Source of the DNA: Trichormus sp. ATA11-4-KO1
GTDB lineage: Bacteria > Cyanobacteriota > Cyanobacteriia > Cyanobacteriales > Nostocaceae
DNA length: 64,000 nt
Assembly: GCA_019358915.1 (NCBI GenBank)
Contig: JAHHIM010000065.1
Coordinates: 128,001 to 192,000, forward strand
Direction: 5' to 3'
Each line of letters opens with the position of its first letter. The first letter of the stretch is position 1. The position numbers were made by a program, and so were the translations under genes. The notes under the pieces were generated by a model that was given only the letters and a program-made list of their open reading frames with translations, did not search any database and was not told the DNA's origin. This document shows positions 39,849 through 49,900 of this stretch, piece after piece.

Positions 39849-40470
39849 TTGCATCAATTGCACAATGCTGTAAGTAGTAAAACAGCATAATTGAGTAATG
39901 AATTTTACACTCAATAGTAAATTTTTCTTGCTCTTGGCGAAAGTTTAGAGATGAATTTTGATGGTATTTTTGCTATGTTCACGACAAAAACTCATGATGC
40001 TGCTCAACGCTACCAAAAAAGCTTTTTGTTTACAAATGAAAAGGGGGTAGAGGAGATAATTATAACTCGCTCATCGTAAGTGAGGTCTTTGAGAGAGTTT
40101 GAGCATTCTCCTCTATTGTTTCTACACGTTATCCACGTTAGATACATGAGAAAGGTTATTGCCGTACAAAGCGTACTTCTTTCTCTTTCCCCATCACTAA
40201 TTATAAGACATCATAAACCATGATGTTTGGTAACGTTAGCATCATATGTTACCGTTTGACTTTTTAATTTCATTCTGACCAATTGTTGATTACTTTTATT
40301 ATCAGCTTTATTCTCAGCCGATGAGGAAAATACTCCTGATTACGGGAAATTTCTGAGAGCTTGATTATAAGCGATCGCCTGATAAAAAAATCTGGGATTC
40401 ATTAATTTGTTGCTGCAACGTTACCTAAATTAACAGACAATTATCCACTTCAAATCCAAGGTGCATTACC

Positions 40471-41973
40471 GTGAACTCCTTTCCCCACCAAGACAATCAT
40501 TTTTGGCAGAGGTTTAATGAACCTACTCCAGAGGAACTCAATCTAGTTGATGCTAACGAATTTCTTCCCCGGATCAGTAAATGGACAAACATCGGCGCAG
40601 GAGTTCTGCTAACTATTTTTATGGCGGGGATTGGTCTGACATCTGTATTTAATTACAATGTCACAGTTAAAGTTCCTGCGAGTATCCGACCAAAAGGGGA
40701 ACTGCGCGTTGTTCAGTCTGCCGTTGTCGGCACCGTGCAAAAAATTGACGCGCGAGAAAATCAGATGGTGCAGCAAGGACAAGCAATTGCTTACGTTGAT
40801 GATTCTCGCCTACAGAATCAAAAAAGCCAACTAGAAAACAGTATTCAGCAAACTCAATTACAACTGGGTCAAATTGATGCTCAATTCAGTGAAATTGTTA
40901 CTCAGACTGCGGCTCAAAGAACCTTAATTAACCGGACAATTATCGCTGCACAAGCAGAATTAAGTGGTATTCAACGTAACTATGAAGACCAGCAAGTAAA
41001 AGCTACGGCTGAAATGACACAAGCAGAATTAGCCTTGAACTTAGCTAGAGTACAACGCGATCGCTTACAACGAAATAATTTATTAACTGCAACTGTACAA
41101 GAAGCTGAAGTGGCTTTAAATTTAGCCAAAGCGCAACGCGATCGCTTACAGTCAGTGATGGCATCAGGCGCAATTTCTCGCAATCTGTTTGAAGAAAAGG
41201 AACAGGCGGTAAAATCAGCCCAAGCCAAGCTAGAACAAGCAAAGGCTAATGCTAAAGACCTGATGGAAGAAAAAGAACAAGCTCTCCAGGTTGCCCAAAT
41301 CAACCTAGACAAGGCTAAAACTAGTATCAATCCCAGTAATGCTGCTGTCACCGTGGCATCTGAAAGAATTAAGCAGGAACAAGCCAAAGGTGAGGCTACT
41401 TTAGCTGCTTTAAATAAAGAACAAGAAACTTTACTTCAGCAGCGTATAGAACTGCAAAAGCAACTTTCTCAGACTCGTAAAGAACTACAACAAGTAGAAA
41501 CTGACTTAAATCAAAGTGTGATTCGAGCGCCAATTACAGGTACACTGCTGCAATTGAATCTGCGTAATCCGGGACAAGTAGTGCAACCAACGCAGCCTAT
41601 TGCTCAGATTGCTCCCCTCGATGCGCCAATGCTGATCAAAGCTTTTGTCCAAGCTCAAGATATTGACAAGGTAAAACCTGGTCAAAAAGTGCAGATGCAG
41701 GTTTCTGCTTGCCCCTATCCAGATTACGGTACTCTCCACGGGACAGTGAAAACCGTTGCCCCAGATGCCCTACCAGTGGGAGATAAAAGTACTGGTAATT
41801 CTCAGAAAGTTGCCTATGAAGCAACTATAGAGCCAAAAACCGTATATGTGGGTAGAGGCGATCGCCAATGTCAACTCCAACCCGGTATGGAAGGTAGAGC
41901 TGATATTATTTCCCGTCAAGAAACAGTACTTAATTTCATTCTTCGCAAAGCCAGATTAATCACAGATTTATGA
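40471..41973 (+). CDS. HlyD family periplasmic adaptor of type I secretion
   Basis: N-terminal TM, long coiled coil, IRAPITG, PYPDYGTLHG, LQPGMEGRADI. Confidence 0.93.
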   Translation: MNSFPHQDNHFWQRFNEPTPEELNLVDANEFLPRISKWTNIGAGVLLTIFMAGIGLTSVFNYNVTVKVPASIRPKGELRVVQSAVVGTVQKIDARENQMVQQGQAIAYVDDSRLQNQKSQLENSIQQTQLQLGQIDAQFSEIVTQTAAQRTLINRTIIAAQAELSGIQRNYEDQQVKATAEMTQAELALNLARVQRDRLQRNNLLTATVQEAEVALNLAKAQRDRLQSVMASGAISRNLFEEKEQAVKSAQAKLEQAKANAKDLMEEKEQALQVAQINLDKAKTSINPSNAAVTVASERIKQEQAKGEATLAALNKEQETLLQQRIELQKQLSQTRKELQQVETDLNQSVIRAPITGTLLQLNLRNPGQVVQPTQPIAQIAPLDAPMLIKAFVQAQDIDKVKPGQKVQMQVSACPYPDYGTLHGTVKTVAPDALPVGDKSTGNSQKVAYEATIEPKTVYVGRGDRQCQLQPGMEGRADIISRQETVLNFILRKARLITDL

Positions 41974-42131
41974 AAAGTGTTGAGTTGAAAGTGCTGAGTG
42001 CTGAGTAAACATTTTTCGGGTCACTTTACAAAGTTTAGGAATTTAATCTCCTGTATTTCCAGAAGTTTTGTCTCAAGGTCTCAATCCCTGTGCCAAAACT
42101 CAATTACGAATTACGAATTACAAATTAACTT

Positions 42132-44300
42132 ATGTTTGGTTTAGTTAAACTTCAAAACAACTATCAATGCGTTTCACAGTTGAGCGAGGAAGACTGTGGA
42201 GCAGCTTGTCTAGCTTCAATTAGCAAACATTATGGGCGGTTTTTAAGCATCAATCGCAGCCGAGAAGCAGTAGGCACTGGACAGCTAGGAACAACGCTGC
42301 TGGGTTTAAAGCGTGGAGCTGAGAATCTGGGTTTTAATGCTAGGGCGGTTAAAGCCTCGCCAGCCATCATAGACAGAATCAAAGAAGTGCAACTGCCAGC
42401 TATTATCCATTGGCGAGGCTATCACTGGGTTGTTTTATATAATCAACGAGGCAAAAAGTATGTAATTGCTGACCCGGCTGTAGGTATCCGTTATGTCACA
42501 AAAGAAGAGTTAACCGCCGCTTGGAACGGGGTGATGCTCTTACTAGAACCAGATCCAGAGCGCTTTTTTGCACAGCCCCAAGATAAACCAATCGGTGGCT
42601 TAGGACGCTTTATTAAACGGATCTTGCCTTATCGTGGTCTGCTAACTCAGGTTTTAATGCTCAACATTGTCCTAGGTGTACTCGCTTTGGGTTCTCCCGT
42701 CCTCATCCAAATACTCACAGATGATGTTCTCATCCGTGGTGATACTCAGTTACTTACTGTTGTGGTATCAGCAGTTGTAGTCATGACCGTATTTAGTAGC
42801 ACTCTGCAAGTATTGCAATCAACTATGATTGCTCACTTCGGTCAACGGCTGCAATTGGGTCTAGTTTTGGAGTTTGGGCGCAAGATGCTCCAGCTACCTT
42901 TGAATTACTACGAAGCCCGCCGTAGTGGTGAAATCACTAGCCGATTGCGAGATATCAATGACATTAATCAGTTGGTGTCGCAAATTGTAATTCTTTTACC
43001 TAGCCAGTTTTTCATTGCAGTGATTTCTTTTTGCTTAATGTTGTTTTATAGCTGGCAATTGACACTGGCAGTCATCGTCATCGGTGGTTTAATGACTTTA
43101 TCCACCTTGCCTTTTTTACCGATCCTGCAACAAAAAACCCGTAGTCTTTTGGTTTTGGGAGCAGAAAATCAAGGTGTATTAGTAGAAACCTTTAAGGGCG
43201 CACAAGTAATAAAAACTACAAATGCTGCTCCTCAATTCTGGGAAGAATTTCAAAGTCGTTTTGGTCGTCTGGCCAATCTGACGTTCAGCACTGTGCAGAT
43301 CGGCATTATTAACGGTACCATAGCAAGACTTTTTTCCACCATTGGCGGTGTGGCTTTACTGGGGCTAGGGAGTATTTTAGTGATTCGGGGACAATTAAGT
43401 ATCGGGCAAATGCTCGCTTTTAATGCATTACAGGTGAATGTTTTAAATTTAATTAATTCCTTAGTTGGCTTAGTCGATGACTATTATCGCTCACAAACAG
43501 CAATCTCTCGCCTCTTAGAAGTCATTGATGCTACGCCGGAGGTAGTTGGAGGTAGTCAAAAGCCAGTTGCTCAAATCTCTGGCGATGCAGATATCCATTG
43601 TTCCCACATTACATTTCACCATCCTGGCAGAATTGACTTGTTAGAAGATTTTTCGATTAAGCTTCCTGGTGGACAAGCGATCGCTTTAATTGGTAAATCT
43701 GGCTGTGGTAAAAGTACTTTAGCAAAACTGATTGCAGGTTTATACCAACCAACTTCAGGCAATATCCGCATTGGCTTGTACAATCTCGATGACCTAGCCC
43801 TGGATTGTTTACGACAACAAGTGGTGTATGTACCCCAGGAACCTCATTTTTGGAGTCGCTCGATTTTAGAAAATTTCCGTTTAGGAACACCCTACATCTC
43901 CTTTGAGGAAATTGTCAAAGCTTGCCATATTGCAGATGCAGATAGCTTTATCAGTCAACTGCCAAATAAATACCAAACTGTGTTAGGTGAATTTGGAGCT
44001 AATCTCTCTGGTGGACAAAGACAACGATTAGCGATCGCCAGAGGAATTCTTACTAATCCACCTGTACTAATTTTAGATGAAGCAACGGCAGGACTAGACC
44101 CAGTTAGTGAAGCTAGCGTGTTAGATCAAATATTGGCATACCGCAAAGGCAAAACGACAATCCTCATTACCCATCGTCCCAGTGTTGTCAATCGTGCTGA
44201 TTGGATTGTGATGTTAGAAAAAGGTCAAGTGCAACTACAAGGCACTCCAGATACTTTTCTCTCGCTAAAAGGAGAGCATTTAAAGTTTTTAACGTTATGA
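42132..44300 (+). CDS. Peptidase C39-containing ABC exporter (PCAT)
   Basis: Q..EEDCGAAC, HWVV, ADP catalytic residues; TM domain; GKSGCGKST, LSGGQ, ILDEAT. Confidence 0.95.
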   Translation: MFGLVKLQNNYQCVSQLSEEDCGAACLASISKHYGRFLSINRSREAVGTGQLGTTLLGLKRGAENLGFNARAVKASPAIIDRIKEVQLPAIIHWRGYHWVVLYNQRGKKYVIADPAVGIRYVTKEELTAAWNGVMLLLEPDPERFFAQPQDKPIGGLGRFIKRILPYRGLLTQVLMLNIVLGVLALGSPVLIQILTDDVLIRGDTQLLTVVVSAVVVMTVFSSTLQVLQSTMIAHFGQRLQLGLVLEFGRKMLQLPLNYYEARRSGEITSRLRDINDINQLVSQIVILLPSQFFIAVISFCLMLFYSWQLTLAVIVIGGLMTLSTLPFLPILQQKTRSLLVLGAENQGVLVETFKGAQVIKTTNAAPQFWEEFQSRFGRLANLTFSTVQIGIINGTIARLFSTIGGVALLGLGSILVIRGQLSIGQMLAFNALQVNVLNLINSLVGLVDDYYRSQTAISRLLEVIDATPEVVGGSQKPVAQISGDADIHCSHITFHHPGRIDLLEDFSIKLPGGQAIALIGKSGCGKSTLAKLIAGLYQPTSGNIRIGLYNLDDLALDCLRQQVVYVPQEPHFWSRSILENFRLGTPYISFEEIVKACHIADADSFISQLPNKYQTVLGEFGANLSGGQRQRLAIARGILTNPPVLILDEATAGLDPVSEASVLDQILAYRKGKTTILITHRPSVVNRADWIVMLEKGQVQLQGTPDTFLSLKGEHLKFLTL

Positions 44301-44329
44301 AATATTACGCGGTGTGAGCAAGTAAAATC

Positions 44330-44647
44330 ATGTCGGAAAATAACACATCCCATAACTCAAAATTTTTCCAGTATCTTTCTGAAGAAGAACAAGAAAGCCT
44401 AGTTGGTGGACAAAATTTTAATCCCCTAGGTGACAGTAAATTTTTCTTCCAAAAAACTGACATTCAAACAGAAGCAGAAAATAAATTAAATCTTGCCGAT
44501 GCTGAATCTGGTTCACAAATCACCAAATATAATTTATCACAGGTTACTATGGCCTCTTCCATCACCTTTGGGTTACCAAACTTTAATTCTAGTAGTAATA
44601 GTCTAAATAATTTAATAAGTAAAATTTTAAGTGGATTGTTTTCCTGA
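44330..44647 (+). CDS. Double-glycine precursor 4
   Basis: Leader SKFFQYLSEEEQESLVGG. Confidence 0.8.
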   Translation: MSENNTSHNSKFFQYLSEEEQESLVGGQNFNPLGDSKFFFQKTDIQTEAENKLNLADAESGSQITKYNLSQVTMASSITFGLPNFNSSSNSLNNLISKILSGLFS

Positions 44648-44700
44648 AGTGCCATTTGATTAATTAGTAATAGTTATAGAGGCATTAACATTTATGTTTC

Positions 44701-44832
44701 TATAGCAATCTTATTTAATTTCTAGACAGCGATAGGCTGAGACTCCCGACTTCTTGTAGACACCTTATACGTGTCTACAAGAAGATATAATTCGGGAAAT
44801 TTTTATTCATAAATCCATTTAGACTTGCTATA
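44701..44832. mobile_element. MITE-like element
   Basis: TATAGCAA ... TTGCTATA termini; internal CTTCTTGTAGACAC/GTGTCTACAAGAAG palindrome. Confidence 0.55.
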
Positions 44833-45034
44833 TAAATATATCCGTATAATATTTAAAAACAACAAATTAAATCTTTGGCAAAAAGTCAGGTTTTAATTAA
44901 AATTACATGAGTCTAAAGAGGTAGATTTATTTAATGAATTTACAACCTTAGAATAATTTAAATCACAGGAGAATAATTAATAATAAAAACATAGGTGATT
45001 ACACACCTAAGTAAGTAAGTGAGGTTAATAATTT

Positions 45035-45286
45035 ATGTCAACCCAAATCATCACATCTGATTTGCTTGAAGAGTTATCCGCAGAACAACAACAGCTTCTA
45101 GCCGGCGGACAAAGAGGATTTGAAGACCAGCAATTCGACGATCAGCAATTTGAAGACCAGCAATTTGACGATCAGCAATTTGATGGAGAAGGTAGAGAAG
45201 ATAGACAAGATTTTACCCCTTCCAGAGGTCGTAGTGTTAAACGTGTTCCCATCCGCTTGACTGGTGTCCTTGAAGTTATTAAATAA
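45035..45286 (+). CDS. Double-glycine precursor 5 with acidic F(E/D)DQQ pentapeptide repeats
   Basis: Leader SDLLEELSAEQQQLLAGG; 30-bp tandem DNA repeat at 45119-45178. Confidence 0.82.
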   Translation: MSTQIITSDLLEELSAEQQQLLAGGQRGFEDQQFDDQQFEDQQFDDQQFDGEGREDRQDFTPSRGRSVKRVPIRLTGVLEVIK

Positions 45287-45614
45287 GGACTGAGTAGTTC
45301 CATAGTCTAAACTTTGCAATTAGTGATCCGAGAAGAAAACTTATATAACTCACTCAACTTAAATTAAGTTTTGAGAGAGTTTTGGTAGTAAAGTATGGTC
45401 TCTTATGACTCAAAAGCCAAAGAACAACTGCCAAATACAGCACCAAATTTTTCTCGACTATCACTCTAATTGCAAATAATTTTGACTATTTAGCAAATAC
45501 AGTTTTTACGGTAAAAAGTAAAGCCTTAGCCGTAATTTTACACCCATATAAGAAGTGAAGTTTTTTAGTATGGGTGTTACCTAACATTTATCTACGAGAT
45601 TGAGGCAATCAACC

Positions 45615-45857
45615 ATGTCAAAATCAATCATTCAATCTGAATTGTTTGTGGATTTATCCGCAGAAGAACAACAAATTCTTGCTGGTGGTCAAATATTATT
45701 AGGCGGACAAACTAGACCTGATATTACTGTCACTGGTATTCTCACTGATTCTAGCGGTCAACGTATTCCTGTGCGAATTTTAGGTTTCATTGCTAGACCT
45801 AGTGCTGGTGGAGGTTTTGGTGGTGCGGGTGGCGCACCTATTGGCGGTTTCCAATAG
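45615..45857 (+). CDS. Double-glycine precursor 6 with Gly-rich tail
   Basis: Leader SELFVDLSAEEQQILAGG. Confidence 0.82.
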   Translation: MSKSIIQSELFVDLSAEEQQILAGGQILLGGQTRPDITVTGILTDSSGQRIPVRILGFIARPSAGGGFGGAGGAPIGGFQ

Positions 45858-46309
45858 TGTAGCTAAAGAATACTCTTAAGATGTTTAGACAGATTCTACT
45901 AAACATTAAAGCCATCAAAAAATTACCCTAACCTTTTCTGTAAAGAAGGGGGAAATTCAAAGCCTCTCTCCTCATAGAAGAAGAGAGGTTTATTTTTATA
46001 TCTTGTGACTTTTTAAACATCTCTTCTAACTTGTTCAATATAAATCAAGTTTATATAATTTGAGAAGCGATCGCCAAATATAACAGGTTTAGATAGATTG
46101 CTGTTAGATATATTTGTATATTTTTCACACTTGAATTAAAGCTAAATTTAGCATATATCAAAAGGTGGAATAACTGCTAGTTTATTTATCACTGTGGGAT
46201 CATTTAATCACCAATAAACATGTTTAGAAATAAAAGTATTAGAAGTAAACACCTGTATTCCTTGGGAAATAGGCGTGTACTTCTAATTGATGAAGTTGAG
46301 GAAAAAATT

Positions 46310-46504
46310 ATGTTAGTTCAAGACATCCAATCCGATTTGCTTGTGGATTTATCTACAGAGGAACAGCAGCTTGTATCTGGGGGCTTCGGCTACGGTGGCT
46401 ACGGTGGCTACGGTGGCTATGGTCGGGGTTTTAGTCCTGGCTTCGGCTACGGTGGCTATGGTCGTGGCTTCGGTCGTGGCTACGGCTTTGGTGGCTTTTT
46501 CTAA
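46310..46504 (+). CDS. Double-glycine precursor 7 with Gly/Tyr/Phe/Arg-rich core
   Basis: Leader SDLLVDLSTEEQQLVSGG; core FGYGGYGGYGGYGRGFSPGFGYGGYGRGFGRGYGFGGFF. Confidence 0.82.
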   Translation: MLVQDIQSDLLVDLSTEEQQLVSGGFGYGGYGGYGGYGRGFSPGFGYGGYGRGFGRGYGFGGFF

Positions 46505-46570
46505 GTGGCCAACAAAGTCCACAAACCGGGTAATCCCATAGTTTAAACTTGGCTGAGCCAGCAGAGATTT

Positions 46571-46613
46571 GTATAACTCATTTAAAACCAATCTAGTTTT
46601 GAATGAGTTATAC
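46571..46613 (+). terminator. Hairpin downstream of precursor 7 (member of a repeated 3' element)
   Basis: GTATAACTCATTTAAAAC-CAATCTA-GTTTTGAATGAGTTATAC. Confidence 0.55.
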
Positions 46614-46755
46614 TATCTCAAAAAATGTTTGCGATACATGTGCTCATATCTATAAATGGTTATAAAATGTGTTAGTTAGGAGCGTCCGACTGGCGGCGCG
46701 CTACCCGCTACGAAGGAAACAAACACATCCTTTCTGTTCCCTGTCACCGTTCGGA

Positions 46756-46799
46756 CTTCGGCGTGAGCGCTTAGTCGAACGCTGACGCTCACGCCGAAG
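46756..46799. repeat. REP-like palindrome
   Basis: CTTCGGCGTGAGCG ... CGCTCACGCCGAAG 14-bp perfect arms. Confidence 0.65.
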
Positions 46800-46843
46800 C
46801 CTGTGTTTCTTCAGAGTTAATACCAATTTCCCTAATATGCAGC

Positions 46844-46974
46844 TAAGTAGGTGGGTGGGAAAATTTATCGCTAGGATAAGGCAGAAGGCAGAAGGCAGGA
46901 GGCAGAAGGGAAGAGGGTTTTAAGCTGATTCATATTTCTTTACATAGTTGATTTTATTTGTGCCTACCTACTTA
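46844..46974. mobile_element. MITE-like element with GGCAGAA heptamer repeats
   Basis: TAAGTAGGTGGG ... CCTACCTACTTA termini; AGGCAGA tandem array inside. Confidence 0.65.
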
Positions 46975-49900
46975 CTTCGACTCAGTGCCTACTAGTTTTT
47001 CCCCTTTGAGCATCCGCACTGCGGCTTCAAGTAAAGCTTCTTCTAAATATGGCTTGGTAAAGTAGCCACTAGCACCGAGTTGAATTGCCATTTGTCTGTG
47101 TTTATCTGCGCCCCGTGAGGTGAGCATCGCAATGGGTAGATGATTGAGGCTAGAATCTTTCTGGATGCGAGAGAGCAATTCTAGACCATCACAACGCGGC
47201 ATTTCAATGTCACAAAATACGATATCGCAAGGTAGACCGGAGCGGAGTTTGTCCCAAGCTTCCTGACCGTCACGCGCCTGTTCAACGCGATAACCTGCTT
47301 TATTAAACGTCAGCGACAGTAACTCCCTAACTGTAATTGAGTCATCGACAATCAGCACTGTCGGATCAATCTTCTCCGCAGAAGTGTCTGGCAGGTTGGG
47401 AATATCTTGTTGCTGCCAAGATGTACTACCACTGTGTTTAGAAATCCGTCCTTGGAAGATGTCAATAATCTCCAGTACATCAGCAATTGGCATAATGCGA
47501 CCATCACCAAGGACTGTAGCACCAGCGACACCGATGGGTTTGGGTGCTGGGCTTTCAAATTGCTTAATGACAATTTCTTGTTCACTCAGCACTTGGTCAA
47601 TTTGTAGGGCAATCAAGGTATTTCCCGATCGCACCACCACAACTGACACCATATCATCATCTCGGTTGCCGCCATAAACATTACCGCGACTCAGTTGACG
47701 ATTAAAGGTTAAGAGTTCTTTCAAAGGTCGGAAAGGGAGTACTGTATCGCGCCAAGAAATATATGATTGTCCGTCGGCATTATGCTGGATATTTTTGACT
47801 GGTATATCAAGAGTATCTTCCACACCGTCCATCGGGAAGGCAATCCGCGCTTTATCGGAGACACAACAAAGAGCTTTGCAAATACTCAAGGTTAATGGCA
47901 GACGAATAGTAAAGGTCGTTCCTTTGCCGATGGTAGAGTCTGTATTAACTATGCCGCGAATTTCGCTAATTTCAGAACGCACCACATCCATTCCCACACC
48001 ACGGCCAGAAATCTCATCGGCTTTGTCTTTGATACTAAAACCCGGTTGGAATAGCAGGTCGTAAACTTCCATGCGCGAAATGGTTTTTGCTTGCTCTGCG
48101 GTAATCATTCCCATTTGCACCGCTTTGACCTTAACCCGTTCAGAATCGATACCAGCACCGTCATCACCTACGGAAATCACTGTTTGGTTACCTTGGTGAA
48201 ACGCACGGATGGTAATGTATCCCACAGGTTGCTTACCGCCTGCTTGCCTGATCTCTGGGGTTTCAATGCCATGAGCGATCGCATTATTCAACATATGGGT
48301 TAATGGGTCGGTGAGATGATCTAAAATCATCTTGTCAATTAAGGTGTCTCCGCCTTCAATCACCAACTCTACTTGTTTGCCATACTTGATGGCATTGTCC
48401 CGCACTCCTCGCCGCAAGCGATCAATGGCTTGGGAAAAAGGCACCATTCTAGCTCGTGTAAGTCCCTCTTGTAGCTGAGTGGTGACTTGACGAAATTGCC
48501 TCGCTACTCTTTCGGTTTCTTCAGTTACAAAGTCAATGTCACTCGCTGACTCACGCACCCGGACAATAAATTCAATCATTTCTTGGGATAGGGTGTGGAA
48601 AGGAGTAAAGCGATCCATTTCTAATTCACTAAAACCCCTGTCTGTATCTGCTTCTTCAGCGTGAAAGCTAATTTCTGTAGTTTCTTTGGTTTCTTTAGTT
48701 TTGCGACTGGCTAGAAGTGAAGCTTCCAAGAGCGATCGCTCATATAATTCTTGCATCCTTGCGCCCACATCCGAGAGCTGTTGCACCTGAATTAGCAAGT
48801 TATCTAATGATTGTCGCAGCCGTTCATGATCCTGTTCTAAAGTATTGCGGTTTACCACCAACTCCCCAACTAAATTACTCATATCGTCCAGCTGCTTAAC
48901 TGGCACTTTCATTGTTTCTTCAAATCTGGCAGTACGACGAGTAGAAGAACGGGGGATTTTGCTGGTGTTTGGTTTTATTGGCGCTGAGTGGGAGATAGTT
49001 TGATCTGCTTCTGCTAGCAGTTTCTCCAAATCGCTAAATTCATCATCTACATCTGCTGATGCAATAATTTGACTGACAGTTTGGTTAGTATTTGGTGTAA
49101 TTTGTTGTGTGTAGGATGCCTGCTCATCATCGTTGTCTGTACCCAACAAAGCTTCCAAAGCGGCAAAATCTTCTTCTGGTATGGAACTAGCTGCTAATTC
49201 TGCATCTAGTAATGCTTCTAATTCAGCAAATTCATCTTGGATATATGTATCGGTATTATTTTGTTCAGTAGCTGCTGCGTCTGTAGTTTCTGCGGTTACT
49301 GATACTGATATTACTTCTTCAGGTGGGATTAAATTAGCAGCTTCGCTCTCAGCTACTAATGCAGTTTCAGATGTTAAATATTCTGCTTCTAGATTGAGTG
49401 CTAGTTGCTCGGTTTCTATTGCTGATGAATCAGTATCTAAATCCGGTTTTTCGGTTTCCTCTATCGTTATTTCTGTAATATCATTAATTGTGGTGTCGTT
49501 GGCTACTGTATTTAATAAATCTGCTTCTGAATTGAGTGCTTTCTGCTCAACTTCTATTACTAATGAATCAGGTTCTGCAATTTCTTCTATTGTTCTTTCT
49601 GTTGAATTAGCATTAACGCTAATATCTAACAATTCTAATTCGCTTTGGGACTCTTGTAAGTTTAAATCTTCTGTAAAACTTATATCTGAAAAGAATGCTT
49701 CTTCATCCTCAACCAGATTTTCTACACTTTCTAATTGGATATAAGTTGAGTTATCTGTAGAGGCTGTGTCATTAAATAGGATTTGTGGATTCTCATCCAG
49801 AGAATCAAATAAATCAAGTTCCAAATCTGCCAATGTTTGGGTAAATACGGGCTGATTAGTAAATTCGGGTGTGAAATCTAGAGCTTCTGGTTCTTGGGAA

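Noticed and set aside
46462..46478. RGFGR in precursor 7 as a PatS/HetN-like RGSGR signal
   Set aside because: The central residue is Phe rather than Ser/Thr, and the match is expected by chance in a G/R/F-rich sequence.
37900..46620. Possible CRISPR-like array from repeated intergenic motifs
   Set aside because: Repeats are degenerate, irregularly spaced and separated by genes; no constant repeat-spacer period and no cas genes.
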